A program made the translations under genes and the position numbers. A DNA stretch of 64,000 bases from assembly GCF_963506605.1 (NCBI RefSeq), contig NC_083277.1:93248001-93312000 (forward strand), in the 5' to 3' direction. The DNA comes from Zootoca vivipara. Taxonomy: Eukaryota. The first letter of the stretch is position 1, and every line of letters begins with the position of its first letter. The notes under the pieces are model-generated. The model had not been told where the DNA came from, ran no database searches, and saw only the letters and a list, made by a program, of their open reading frames with translations. Positions 55,425-64,000 of this stretch are shown piece after piece.

Positions 55425-58175
55425 TAGCTTTATTATTTATACCCCGGCCATCTGGCTGGGTTGACCCAGCTACTCTGGGCAGCTTCTAACACGTATAAGG
55501 TAAAGGGACCCCTGACCATTAGGTCCAGTTGTGACCAACTCTGGGGTTGCGGCGCTCATCTCGCATTATTGGCCGAGGGAGCCGGCGTACAGCTTCCAGG
55601 TCATGTGGCCAGCATGACAAAGCCACTTCTGGCGAACCAGAGCAGCACATGGAAACGCTGTTTACCTTTCCGCTTGGAGCGGTACCTATTTATCTACTTG
55701 CACTTTGACGTGCTTTTGAACTGCTAGGTTGTCAGGAGCTGGGACTGAGCAACAGAAGCTCACCCCGTTGCGGGGATTCGAACCCACAGCGCCACCCGCG
55801 TCCCTCAAACACACATAAAAACTTAATAAAACATCAAAATGTTAAAAACTGCCTGATACAGGGCTGCCTTCGGATGTCTCCTAAAAGTTGTGTAGTTCTT
55901 TAGCTCCTTGACATCTGAGGGAAGGGTGTTCCACAGGGAGGGTGCCACTGCCGAGAAGGCCCTCTTCCTGGTTCCCTGTAACCTCACTTTACGCATTGAG
56001 GGGACCGGCAGAAGGCCCTCGGTGCCAGACCTCAGTGTCCAAGCTGAATGATGGGGAGGTGGCGATGCTCCTTCAGGTATACAGGGCCGAGGCAGTTTAC
56101 AAACTCAGCTGGGTTGTAAATGTCATTGAACTGGGTGGGGAATTTATTTCTGAGTGATTGATTTCTGAGTAGCCATGTTGAAGACTCGAGCCTTGCTCTT
56201 GATTCTTCTAATGGACTTGAGCCTTACAAGTACTCTATCAAAGGAGCAATAATGGTAGTCAGCACTCTCGCAACCACTTACCATTTATATTCCCTACTTA
56301 AAGTGCTTTCAGCAGATAGGTGAGCCTTCATAACAACCCGCAGTCTAGATAAGGAGAGGCCCAGAGCGGATAAGCAGGAGCACGTGTTGCAATGCATGTT
56401 ACAAGCTGAACCTTCCTGGCTTTGGATCTTTGTACTTGGATCGCACACCTGCCCTCGGACAGTATTCGTGATTTCTCCTTCTCCCTTTTTTCCCTGCCTG
56501 ACTTTGAGATTTGTTTTCCCTGGGCTCTGAACCCTGAGAGATGGGTAGGCAAGGAAGGTTTCTGAGTTTCTTTGGGATGCTCACCACCCGGGTAGTTTGA
56601 CAAGGTAGAGAAGGAAATAAACAATTGTCTGACTTTCAGAAGGCACACGGGCAGCATATAAATAAGTTGTTGTTGTTGCTGCTGGCTCTGAGTCCCTGTG
56701 TTAGGACAGGAAAATGGCTTCCTTAAATAAAGGCATAGAAAGGAATTTCCACCCTACAGGTCAGGTAGCCTAGACCAGGCATCCCCAAACTGCGGCCCTC
56801 CAGATGTTTTGGCCTACAACTCCCATGATCCCTAGCTAACAGGACCAGTGGTCGGGGAAGATGGAAATTGTAGTCCAAAACATCTGGAGGGCCAAAGTTT
56901 GGGGATGCCTGGCCTGGACATCTTTAGGCCATCAAATCACACCTGGCTCAGACTAGGGTAGGGCAGCCAATGCATATTTTGTGTTGTGTGTATTCTGTTG
57001 GACAGACAGACAACCCACAAAGTTGCCATATTTATATATTCAGGGGGAAACACAGACATAACAAGGTGCAAGGCCAGTGAGAGACTGCGTGCATCCTTTG
57101 TCTTTAATTTCATTGCTGGCATTATTGTACTATATTTAACTTTTGACCTACAGATACCTCTAGTCTCAGTGTAAGGGTAGGTGCAAGGTTGCCAGAATCT
57201 ACTGGCACATTTGTAATCCAGGCCACTGTTTTAACATGTGGCGCCTTCATTATATACACCTTTAGGCACCAAGCAAAAATGTTCCTTTTTAACCAGGCTT
57301 TTGGTTGATCCAATTTACATCCTATGCCCTTTTAAAATGTAGGGTTTTTTGGGGAGGGGGAACTATTGGGTTGTTGTTTCCATTTTTATTACATATTTTG
57401 CGGTTTTATATCTTGAATTTATTGTGTGAACCGTCCTGAGACCCCCCTGGGTATAGGGCGGTATATAAATTCAACAACAACTATATGGGTCTCTCCTTAG
57501 GTGAATCCCACCTTTCTCTTACTTATTTAGGCTGCAATCCTTTGTCCACTTGCCTCTGAGTAAGCCTCAGTTAAACCACTAGGACTTACTCGTGGGTAGA
57601 CCTGTCTAGGAATGCACCATTAACCGGTCAATCTGTGGCCTTCCAAACTGGGGTGACGGTGTGGGGGTGCACATATGTTATTGTTTTCGTTCGTTACGTT
57701 ACGCATTTTTGTGCTTTTTATTTTGTCAACTGCCGTGTGATTCTCAGCCGAAGGGCGAACCGGCTCAGCTTCTGCCTCGGGAGCACACCTATGGGCCGTG
57801 AATTGTGCGATGCAGTTGCATAAGGGGCGAGGCTCGTGGGAACCAAGCTGATGGGCGCATGGACATTGGGCAGGGTAGGTGTGGTGAAGCTGGCTGGTGG
57901 GTGAAGCTGGCACAATAACTGAGCCTTGGCACACATTCAGGGGGAAAACATTTGCATAGGCCAAGGCGGGCAGACCCGTTCTCGGTTCTCTCGGGAGGCG
58001 GTATAACAAGCTTCTTCTTCTTTTTTAGTTACCACCACCTTACGAGCAAGCCCTGAGGTACCCTGCAACCTTACCAGGAAATGGAGCCGGGTCGGAGTTG
58101 TCGGCCGGACAGAGCTTGCCGGACATGCTGCAAGCTTCGCCGACTTACCATGCTCAGAGGAACACTTCGGTGTAG
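40752..58175 (+). CDS. uncharacterised single-pass membrane protein with three PY motifs and a PDZ-binding C-terminus (5 coding exons, 189 aa)
   Basis: phase-compatible exons with strong splice sites give MDSSVVAIIIATTVSSSIFIVAILVLLLLLYHRDPLCCQFLCSCRFFQSPSQYDCPPPYFSNNQRLVGPPSGTPHLESAAENPAVQGDELFCVGPPSSYQLPPWEQPRLPSYESVRKKDRQREIHQMIAERFGLWAEISPELPPPYEQALRYPATLPGNGAGSELSAGQSLPDMLQASPTYHAQRNTSV*. Confidence 0.85.
41586..41980. mobile_element. hAT-type element with internal ~58-bp tandem repeats
   Basis: perfect 8-bp TSD cagtactt; repeated ctcaacaactttgacctgaacccc units; repeated gtagatcac subterminal motifs. Confidence 0.8.
43149..43284. mobile_element. 136-bp hAT-type MITE
   Basis: same family as 6049; TSD ctctacat. 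Confidence 0.88.
44642..44777. mobile_element. 136-bp hAT-type MITE inserted in the head of a Sauria SINE
   Basis: TSD atctaaac. Confidence 0.88.
44778..45145 (+). mobile_element. Sauria SINE
   Basis: B box ggttcgaatcc, core gtcatgctggccacatgac, tail accttt. Confidence 0.85.
45905..46139. mobile_element. Tc1/mariner-like MITE
   Basis: TA-cagtcatacctcgg start; internal repeats of ggttaagtac. Confidence 0.6.
46557..46678 (+). CDS. novel gene coding exon 2 (TM helix + Cys cluster)
   Basis: long pyrimidine tract then CAG|CAG acceptor; phase 1 matches exon 1; VSSSIFIVAILVLLLLLYHRDPLCCQFLCSCRFFQSPSQY; donor TAT|GTGAGT. Confidence 0.85.
47225..47283. repeat. (TTTC)n microsatellite
   Basis: direct reading. 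Confidence 0.95.
47423..47550. other. assembly gap (N run) flanked by (GA)n and (CT)n
   Basis: run of n. Confidence 0.99.
48035..48329. mobile_element. hAT-type element with internal ~55-bp direct repeat
   Basis: caggggtctccaaact...gtttgctgacccctg; perfect TSD ctttacgg. Confidence 0.82.
48591..48932. mobile_element. probable non-autonomous DNA transposon with nested inverted repeats
   Basis: imperfect TIR atacctaccaagt/acttggcagctat; palindromic core 48661-48826. Confidence 0.55.
49358..49760 (+). mobile_element. tRNA-derived SINE (same family as 14588) interrupted by a LINE 3' fragment (~49478-49630)
   Basis: SINE halves flank a segment homologous to 23955-24100. Confidence 0.65.
50829..51437. 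mobile_element. Tigger-like MITE (as 25360-25570) interrupted by a Sauria SINE
   Basis: TIR cagtggtacctctactta...taagtagaggtacaacactg; cctctactta duplicated on both sides of the SINE. Confidence 0.8.
50851..51202 (+). mobile_element. Sauria SINE (full length)
   Basis: gggacccaggtggcgctgtggttaaaccac...cctttacctttacct. Confidence 0.9.
53111..53209 (+). CDS. novel gene coding exon 3 (PPPY)
   Basis: ttttccttcctttctttcactcctcgtag|GAT; DCPPPYFSNNQRLVGPPSGTPHLESAAENPAVQ; donor CAG|GTGAGG. Confidence 0.85.
53758..53922 (+). CDS. novel gene coding exon 4 (LPSY + predicted helix)
   Basis: ctag|GGA; GDELFCVGPPSSYQLPPWEQPRLPSYESVRKKDRQREIHQMIAERFGLWAEISPE; donor GAG|GTAAGC; CpG-retaining coding-like composition. 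Confidence 0.88.
55355..55425. repeat. (AAT)n microsatellite (LINE tail)
   Basis: direct reading. Confidence 0.9.
55496..55805 (-). mobile_element. Sauria SINE nested in a minus-strand LINE (L2-like) 3' fragment (~55355-56085)
   Basis: SINE similarity; host sequence resembles the reverse complement of 23955-24100. Confidence 0.8.
56776..56911. mobile_element. 136-bp hAT-type MITE
   Basis: TSD gcctagac/gcctggac. Confidence 0.86.
58029..58175 (+). CDS. novel gene coding exon 5 (PPPY + PDZ ligand)
   Basis: cttcttcttcttttttag|TTA; LPPPYEQALRY...HAQRNTSV; tandem stops TAG TAG. Confidence 0.85.
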   Translation, partial: LPPPYEQALRYPATLPGNGAGSELSAGQSLPDMLQASPTYHAQRNTSV

Positions 58176-59299
58176 TAGGCTGCAGGTCGGGTCCCCCACC
58201 CCCCACCCCACCTCGTGTCTGGGACAATGCCAGAGTTTGGGGTGTGGGTTTCACTTGCACAGCAGCAGCCTGCCAAACCTTTCCAGGTGCAAAAGGAACT
58301 GGGGGGAACTCTCCAGAGCCGACACAAAGCCAGCCAAGTCTTTTTTGTGTTCCCCTTTCCCTTCCTTACTAGTATTACAGTATTGAGAGGGAATGCTGGG
58401 AGATTGCCAGCTCTTTCTGGAACTGAGCCTGAGGACAGCTGGACGGTGCTGTGTACACCACTTGGGGGAAGCTGTGGCCTCTCTCTTTTGAAGTATCCAA
58501 GACCGCCGGAGGAGCTTCCAAGAGTCTCGCTCTTAGGGACTCCTCTCACACAGGGCAGAAGGCCGGAATCAGTTACCCTCAGGGCTGCCTAGGAATTGAA
58601 AAAGCCACATAGAAAAAACCCTATGGAGATTTCAGTCTGCAGGGTCAAACATTGGACCAAGCCAGCAAGAGGCTCCCCTTGTCATTTTTCAAGAGGCAGG
58701 CCAAGACTTCCTACTCAAAAGGGCATCCTTGGAGGGAAGCACCAGCAGCCATTACACTAAAAAACAACAACAGCAGTGGGAGCTGCCAAACTTGCAAAGT
58801 ATTAAGCCTGAACAAGAGAACGTTTATTTTAGTCTCTGGTTGTCTGACTTAAGGAGTGATGCTTATCAGGGATTGCAGCTTCAAGTGACAGAATGAATGT
58901 ATTTTGCCTCCAGCTGTTTCTACTGATTCTCGGACAAATTCCAACAGGGATTTCTCTCTCTCTCTTCTCTTTCAAATGCTGCAGGGCAGTTTTGAAAGTC
59001 CAAATAGGACAGCAGAAGGCAGAATCTGGAGCTTCTGCAGGGAATTCCCTCCCCTCTCAGGAGTCTGAAGCAGCCCGAGGTTTTAGGGGCCAAGCCATAT
59101 AACCAAGAAAGGGTTTCAGGCAGAGACAAGAGGGATCTCCCCCAGGAGGGGAGGAAGGTGGTGATAACTGATAGCTATCACTCCAGTCATTGTTTACTCT
59201 ACTTGATTGCTCTGTCAGTTCGACTCTTTGATTTTTGTTATTTGGGTGGTTGCTTTTTTTTGTATTTGACAAAGACGCTTTTAAAATGTTCCTAATGCC

Positions 59300-59305
59300 A
59301 TTAAA
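59300..59305 (+). terminator. putative polyadenylation signal of the novel gene
   Basis: ATTAAA after a U-rich stretch, ~1.1 kb downstream of the stop, followed by GU-rich sequence. Confidence 0.4.
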
Positions 59306-60151
59306 ACTGAAACAATCCGATCAGAAAAATATATATGTTTTGGGGGCCTCCTTTCACAGTCCAACTTTGTGAGTGTATTCAAATGCTTGGGGGGGGGGGC
59401 GTTTAGCCAAATTCCTTTGTGTGGAATTGAGGTGGTCTTTTGTTTCATACAGGTTCCAACCTATAATTATGGCGAGTGCAGACACGTAACACTAAGGCTG
59501 AATACACATTATTTTATTCTAGAATCCATGGAGACTGAGTTATTTTTCCTCCCCTACGAACTCCCCACACTAGCTAGCCCCGTTGCATATTTTTTTGCGC
59601 CTGAAAAGTGCTACTTGACAAACTAGTTTGAATTCCAGGAAAAAAGCTCACTGCAGATCAATTCTGCATTATTACCATTAGAAAACGGGTGTAGGCACAG
59701 GGGAACTTCCCTCCCTTTCCACACACCCCAAATCTCCTTGGGCATTCCCTCCCCCCTCCCCGCCCAAGCCTCTGTTGCAGATATCAGCAGTGCAGAAGGT
59801 GCACAGAGGCAGGGGAAGTTGTGTTGTGTTGCCAAAGACCTCCCATGCAAGCAGCGATTTTGGTGGATTCAACTTTGTGTCTACTGCATTCATTCATGCA
59901 TGCATTGCATCATCCAGTTTCACTTTCCTTACTAGGTTTTTGTTCCCCCCCCCCAAATGCTGGTGTTTCCTGTGTAGACGGCTGCATGGTTTCAGATGGT
60001 GGCATTTCCCCTCCCACCTGAAAATCAAAATGGAGGGAGCTGCTACAACCCAGATTTTTAAAAAAGAATGGATTAAATCCCCCAAAAAAGAAATGTGCCG
60101 GAGGCAAAAGCAAACTGAGGGACACAACCAGACACACAGGGCAGACTAGAG

Positions 60152-60287
60152 CAGTGTTTCCCAACCTTGTGCCTCCAGCTGTTTTCAGACTACAATTCCC
60201 ATCATTCCTGACCACTGGTCTTGCTAGCTAGGGATGATGGGAATTGTAGTCTCAAAACATCTGGAGGCACAAGGTTGGGAAACACTG
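60152..60287. mobile_element. 136-bp hAT-type MITE (variant TIR)
   Basis: TIR cagtgtttcccaaccttgtgcctccag/ctggaggcacaaggttgggaaacactg; TSD gactagag. Confidence 0.88.
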
Positions 60288-60469
60288 GACTAGAGCATGA
60301 AAGGGCAGCTTGCGGCACTCCTGGCTAGGAGCACAATAGCCCAGGGTTCTCCCTAAAGCATTGCATCAGTTCTGCCCTCTTGACTGTGCTAACAGCTGCT
60401 TCCCAGCTCAGTAGGCCAGAGTTTTTAAAAAAACAAACCACAGCAAGGCCACTGGTCCTGCATATTTAT

Positions 60470-60845
60470 AGTAAAGGTAAAGGATCCCTAGATGGTTGTC
60501 CAGTCAAAGCAGACTATGGGGTGCAGCGCTCATCTCGCTTTCAGGTCAAGGGAGCCAGAGTTTGTCCACATACAGCTTTCCGGGTCATGTGGCCAGCATG
60601 ACTAAACCGCTTCTGGCGCAACGGGACACTGTGATGGAAGCCAGAGCGCAGGGAAATGCTGTTTACCTTCCCGCCGGAGTGGTACCCATTTATCTACTTG
60701 CACTGGCGTGCTTTCGAACTGCTAGGTTGGCAGGTGCTGGGACAGAGCAACAGGAGCTCACCCCGTTGCAGGGATTCAAACTGCCAACCTCTTGATCGGC
60801 AAGCCCTAGGCTCTGTGGTTTAGACCCCAGCGCCACCCGCTCCCG
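60470..60845 (-). mobile_element. Sauria SINE
   Basis: similar to the other copies. Confidence 0.86.
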
Positions 60846-61441
60846 CTATATTTATGGTAGCCAATGCTGGAAGGACAAGGCTACAGATGCAGGGCTTGAT
60901 ATGTGTCAAAGCCAGCCAGCACCACTGCAGAAGCATTTCAAAGTAATGAACCCCGGAAACAGAAATCGACTCTGACTCAGCAACAGACCCTACAAAAACA
61001 TTCAATGTCTGATTGCTTTGTGTAAGCTGAGCGGAGCGGCTACAGCGTAACCCTTGGTGCTTATGGGCCCCAATGTATGCTACTGCATCAGGGACCAGGA
61101 GTATTTTGGGGAGATGCTGCAGCTACTTTGCCCGGTGGGTCTGCACATGGTCCACTGTTGCCCATCTGCATCCATCCTACCAATAACTTTGCTATGCGGG
61201 TGGAGGAGAACAGCCACCAGGGTGGTGGTAGGGGCATTGGGGGAGGTTGCAGCAGAGGGCTCGTTGCCCATGGCCCCCATCAAACCACTCCTGTGTTGAA
61301 ATATTAGGAGAAATGATTGCATGTGCATTTATAGACGTTCAGGCTGCTGTGTGAAATCTTCTGAGAATTGCCTGAGTAACACTTTCGTGTTCAGAACCTG
61401 ACTCTAATCCAGCCCATCAAAATTCTCCCATTACATTAGAG

Positions 61442-61576
61442 CAGGCACCCCCAAACTCTGCCCTCCAGATGTTTTGGGACTACAACTCCCATCATCCCTA
61501 CTAACAGGACCAGTGGTCAGGGATGATGGGAATTGTAGTCCCAAAACATCTGGAGGGCCAAGTTTGGGGATGCCTG
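61442..61576. mobile_element. hAT-type MITE
   Basis: same family as 6049; degenerate TSD. Confidence 0.82.
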
Positions 61577-61655
61577 CGTTACGAGCTAATCGGATGAAAA
61601 CATCAGCTTGAATTAGCTCTCCTGGTAAGATGATAAGAGAGGACAGAACTGCCCT

Positions 61656-61661
61656 TTTATT
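61656..61661 (-). terminator. MRPL27: putative polyadenylation signal of MRPL27
   Basis: TTTATT on + (AATAAA on -), ~200 nt after the stop. Confidence 0.65.
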
Positions 61662-61860
61662 TTAGAAAAAGAAATTTAAACAACATCCTCTTTGTTGAGA
61701 ATGCATTCCAGGTGCCTAGAATATATTGAGCAGCCAACCCGCAGGTGACCGAGCAGGTGAAGTCCATTCAGAACTACACCAGCGTTTTCAGACCTGTTTA
61801 TGTCCGGGCTCAGATAAAGCTGGCCAGTTCCTTGCTGTCGTCCAGGAGACCTCAAAAGTC

Positions 61861-62067
61861 TCAGACCATCTCGACCAACTTGAAGCTCCCCACCTCTTTA
61901 GTGGGAATGACGTTGATGAAAGTTTTGTACAGCACAGCTCCTTTGGGTAACTGGCAGATCACCTCTGTGCTTTCCTTGCTGCGGGGAGGCGGCACGTAGA
62001 CTTCCTTCGTGTACCGCACAATCCCATCTTCAAGCGCGTAGAGCGACTTGTTGCGGCCTATTCCCAC
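61861..62067 (-). CDS. MRPL27: mitochondrial ribosomal protein L27 (bL27m), last exon; upstream exons lie beyond the window
   Basis: [68 protein letters not shown]; acceptor ttaatag|GTG; synteny with XYLT2. Confidence 0.95.
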   Translation of the reverse strand: MGIGRNKSLYALEDGIVRYTKEVYVPPPRSKESTEVICQLPKGAVLYKTFINVIPTKEVGSFKLVEMV

Positions 62068-62182
62068 CTATTAACAGGCGGAAACAAGGAAAATTAAAAG
62101 AGGAGAAAAGTTTTAAGACTCTGGAGCACAGTAGTGATGCCCAATGTTACATGTCAGCACCTTGGTGTGTTTTGGTACAAGG

Positions 62183-62397
62183 TAGGGATGCCAGACTCAA
62201 TAGAGGACAGGACTTCTGTGCCTTTAATTGCCCTGCTCTCTTTTGAGTCTGGAAACCTTAAAGAGAAACCAGCAGAGCCTTTGCTTGGAAATTAAACAAA
62301 GGGTCTGCTGGTTTCTCTTTAAGGTTTCCAGACTCAAAAGAGAGCAGGGCAATTAAAGGCACAGAAGTCCTGTCCTCTATTGAGTCTGGCAACCCTA
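62183..62397. mobile_element. 215-bp near-perfect palindromic MITE (hAT-like TAGGG.TGCCA ends)
   Basis: arms of ~100 bp are almost exact reverse complements. Confidence 0.85.
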
Positions 62398-62743
62398 TAC
62401 ACAGGCAACTAAACTCATGGCTCTGCTCATGTGAGGAAGGCTGTTTGCATAGCCACTGGATGTCTGATCACAGGGCTGCCATGAAGTCGGAAGCCATGGC
62501 ATATGACAATAATGCTTCATCACCATATAAGACTATTATTCAACTGCTGGTTCGCTACTTCCATTCACTTTTCCCTTTGGATCTTTCACCCCACTTGGCT
62601 TGCGCCTATGAAAATACGGACGGGCAAAAAGTAGATCGCTGGACGATCTGCAGTAATCATTTATGGCTCTCAATTGCTGAACGGCAGCAAGACCAAAAGG
62701 CTTCATCCGCTTCCCATTAGTAATACTTCTGATTATTCGATTT

Positions 62744-63017
62744 CATAGAATCATAGAGTTGGAAGAGACCACAAGGGCCATCCAGTCCAACCCCCTGCCA
62801 AGCAGGAAACACCATCAAAGCATTCCTGACAGATGGCTGTCAAGCCTCCGCTTAAAGACCTCCAAAGAAGGAGACTCCACCACACTCCTTGGCAGCAAAT
62901 TCCATTGCCGAACAGCTCTTACTGTCAGGAAGTTCTTCCTAATGTTTAGGTGGAATCTTCTTTCTTGTAGCTTGAATCCATTGCTCCGTGTCCGCTTATC
63001 TGGAGCAGCAGAAAACT
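62744..63017 (-). mobile_element. CR1 LINE 3' end
   Basis: catagaatcatagagttggaagagacc...tccagtccaaccccctgcc...gctcttactgtcaggaagttcttcctaatgtt. Confidence 0.85.
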
Positions 63018-64000
63018 AAGCAGAAAACTTAGGCCTTCGCCCTAAGATCCCAGGGCAGGTCACAACAACTTTAAAAACCACATCAAAAACTGTTTAAAAC
63101 TAACCTCGCTGGGCTATTGAATTTGGCCGGAAGTTCTCTGATTCAGATTTGTATTTTTATATGCAGGTCATCGCAGTGTATGTTCCACCTGGGAGGCAGT
63201 AGGTTATTAGCTCTGCTGCAAAACCACAATTTTACACCTGACCCCCCTCCCTCAACTTTCAGCCATGATTTTGCACCTGGCTCTGATGGGTGGATATCAG
63301 GGTGCTGAGTAGAAATGGGAACAGACACAGTCGTCAAGGATGGGGGAAGCTGTATCCCTCCAGATGTTGTTGGGACGCCCATCAGCCCCAGCCTGCATTG
63401 CCAGTCATCAGGAATAATGGGAGTTGATGGGCCACAGGTTCCCCCTCTCTGACATCTGCCCATGCACCTGCTGTAAAGCACTAGATATGGCGCTTGGCCA
63501 AACCTCACCTGCTCGTAAGTGATTTCAACACACCTACAGTAAGTTCAGGCCACCTGAAACTTATCTCAAATGGGTTTGGCTTCTTTGGGATTTGGGATTA
63601 TGTGTTACACTATTCTGCCCAGGTATTTCCTGGCACGGTTCAGGAGCTCTGCGAATAGACCTTTCTTTTAAAAAGGGGGGGGGGGAAATGTTTGAAATAT
63701 TGCAAGTTGTGCTGTGCAGCAAGCAGAACTCCCCTGTCTTATCACACTGTGAGCTGTGAAGTGCTCTCCCGCTTTCCTGCCGCTTGACTACAGTGTAATT
63801 TGCCCATTTATTTTTAGATCCATGACTGAGCAATGTTTTTTCAATGTACCCGAGACATTCAGGTGCGCGAAGCTTAACTATATTGTTCATTGAATCTGAA
63901 TGTCACTTAAAACAGGGTTGCGAAAGCTTTGCTTTCAGAGGCGAGGGCTGTTTCAACTAAGAAGGCTCTCCAATATCTTGTTAGAATAAGCAACTCCCCT

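Noticed and set aside
40752-58175. Calling the novel gene TMEM92, PRR7 or a PRRG family member
   Set aside because: No signal peptide with Cys-rich or Gla ectodomain, and no sequence I recognise as matching those proteins; similarity is limited to short linear motifs. Symbol left blank pending a search.
62068-64000. Further MRPL27 exons
   Set aside because: I found no segment encoding the expected GNII..QR..RWHPG region; the upstream exons lie outside the window.

Overview
Vertebrate genomic DNA, most likely from a lacertid or similar squamate lizard (Sauria SINEs, squamate-type hAT and Tc1-mariner MITEs, Penelope termini). The window holds three protein-coding units. (1) The complete 11-exon xylosyltransferase 2 gene (XYLT2, + strand, CDS 963-33904, 859 aa by my splice reconstruction) with a ~2.9 kb 3' UTR. 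(2) A 5-exon gene that the ORF track does not reveal (+ strand, CDS 40752-58175). It is predicted to encode a 189-aa single-pass membrane protein with a juxtamembrane Cys cluster, three PY motifs (PPPY, LPSY, PPPY) and a C-terminal class I PDZ ligand (-TSV). It sits downstream of a CpG-island promoter with RFX X-boxes and paired CCAAT boxes. I do not recognise it as a named gene and recall no coding gene between XYLT2 and MRPL27 in human. (3) The last exon of MRPL27 (- strand, 61861-62067). Other notable items: a Penelope-derived minimal hammerhead ribozyme with an intact core in sense orientation in XYLT2 intron 1, a candidate spliced antisense transcript diverging from the novel gene's promoter, recursive-splice-like and NAGNAG sites, a 215-bp near-perfect hairpin MITE in an MRPL27 intron, and nested transposons. 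Exon coordinates come from manual GT/AG and phase reading. Repeat family names and many repeat boundaries are approximate because no database search was run.
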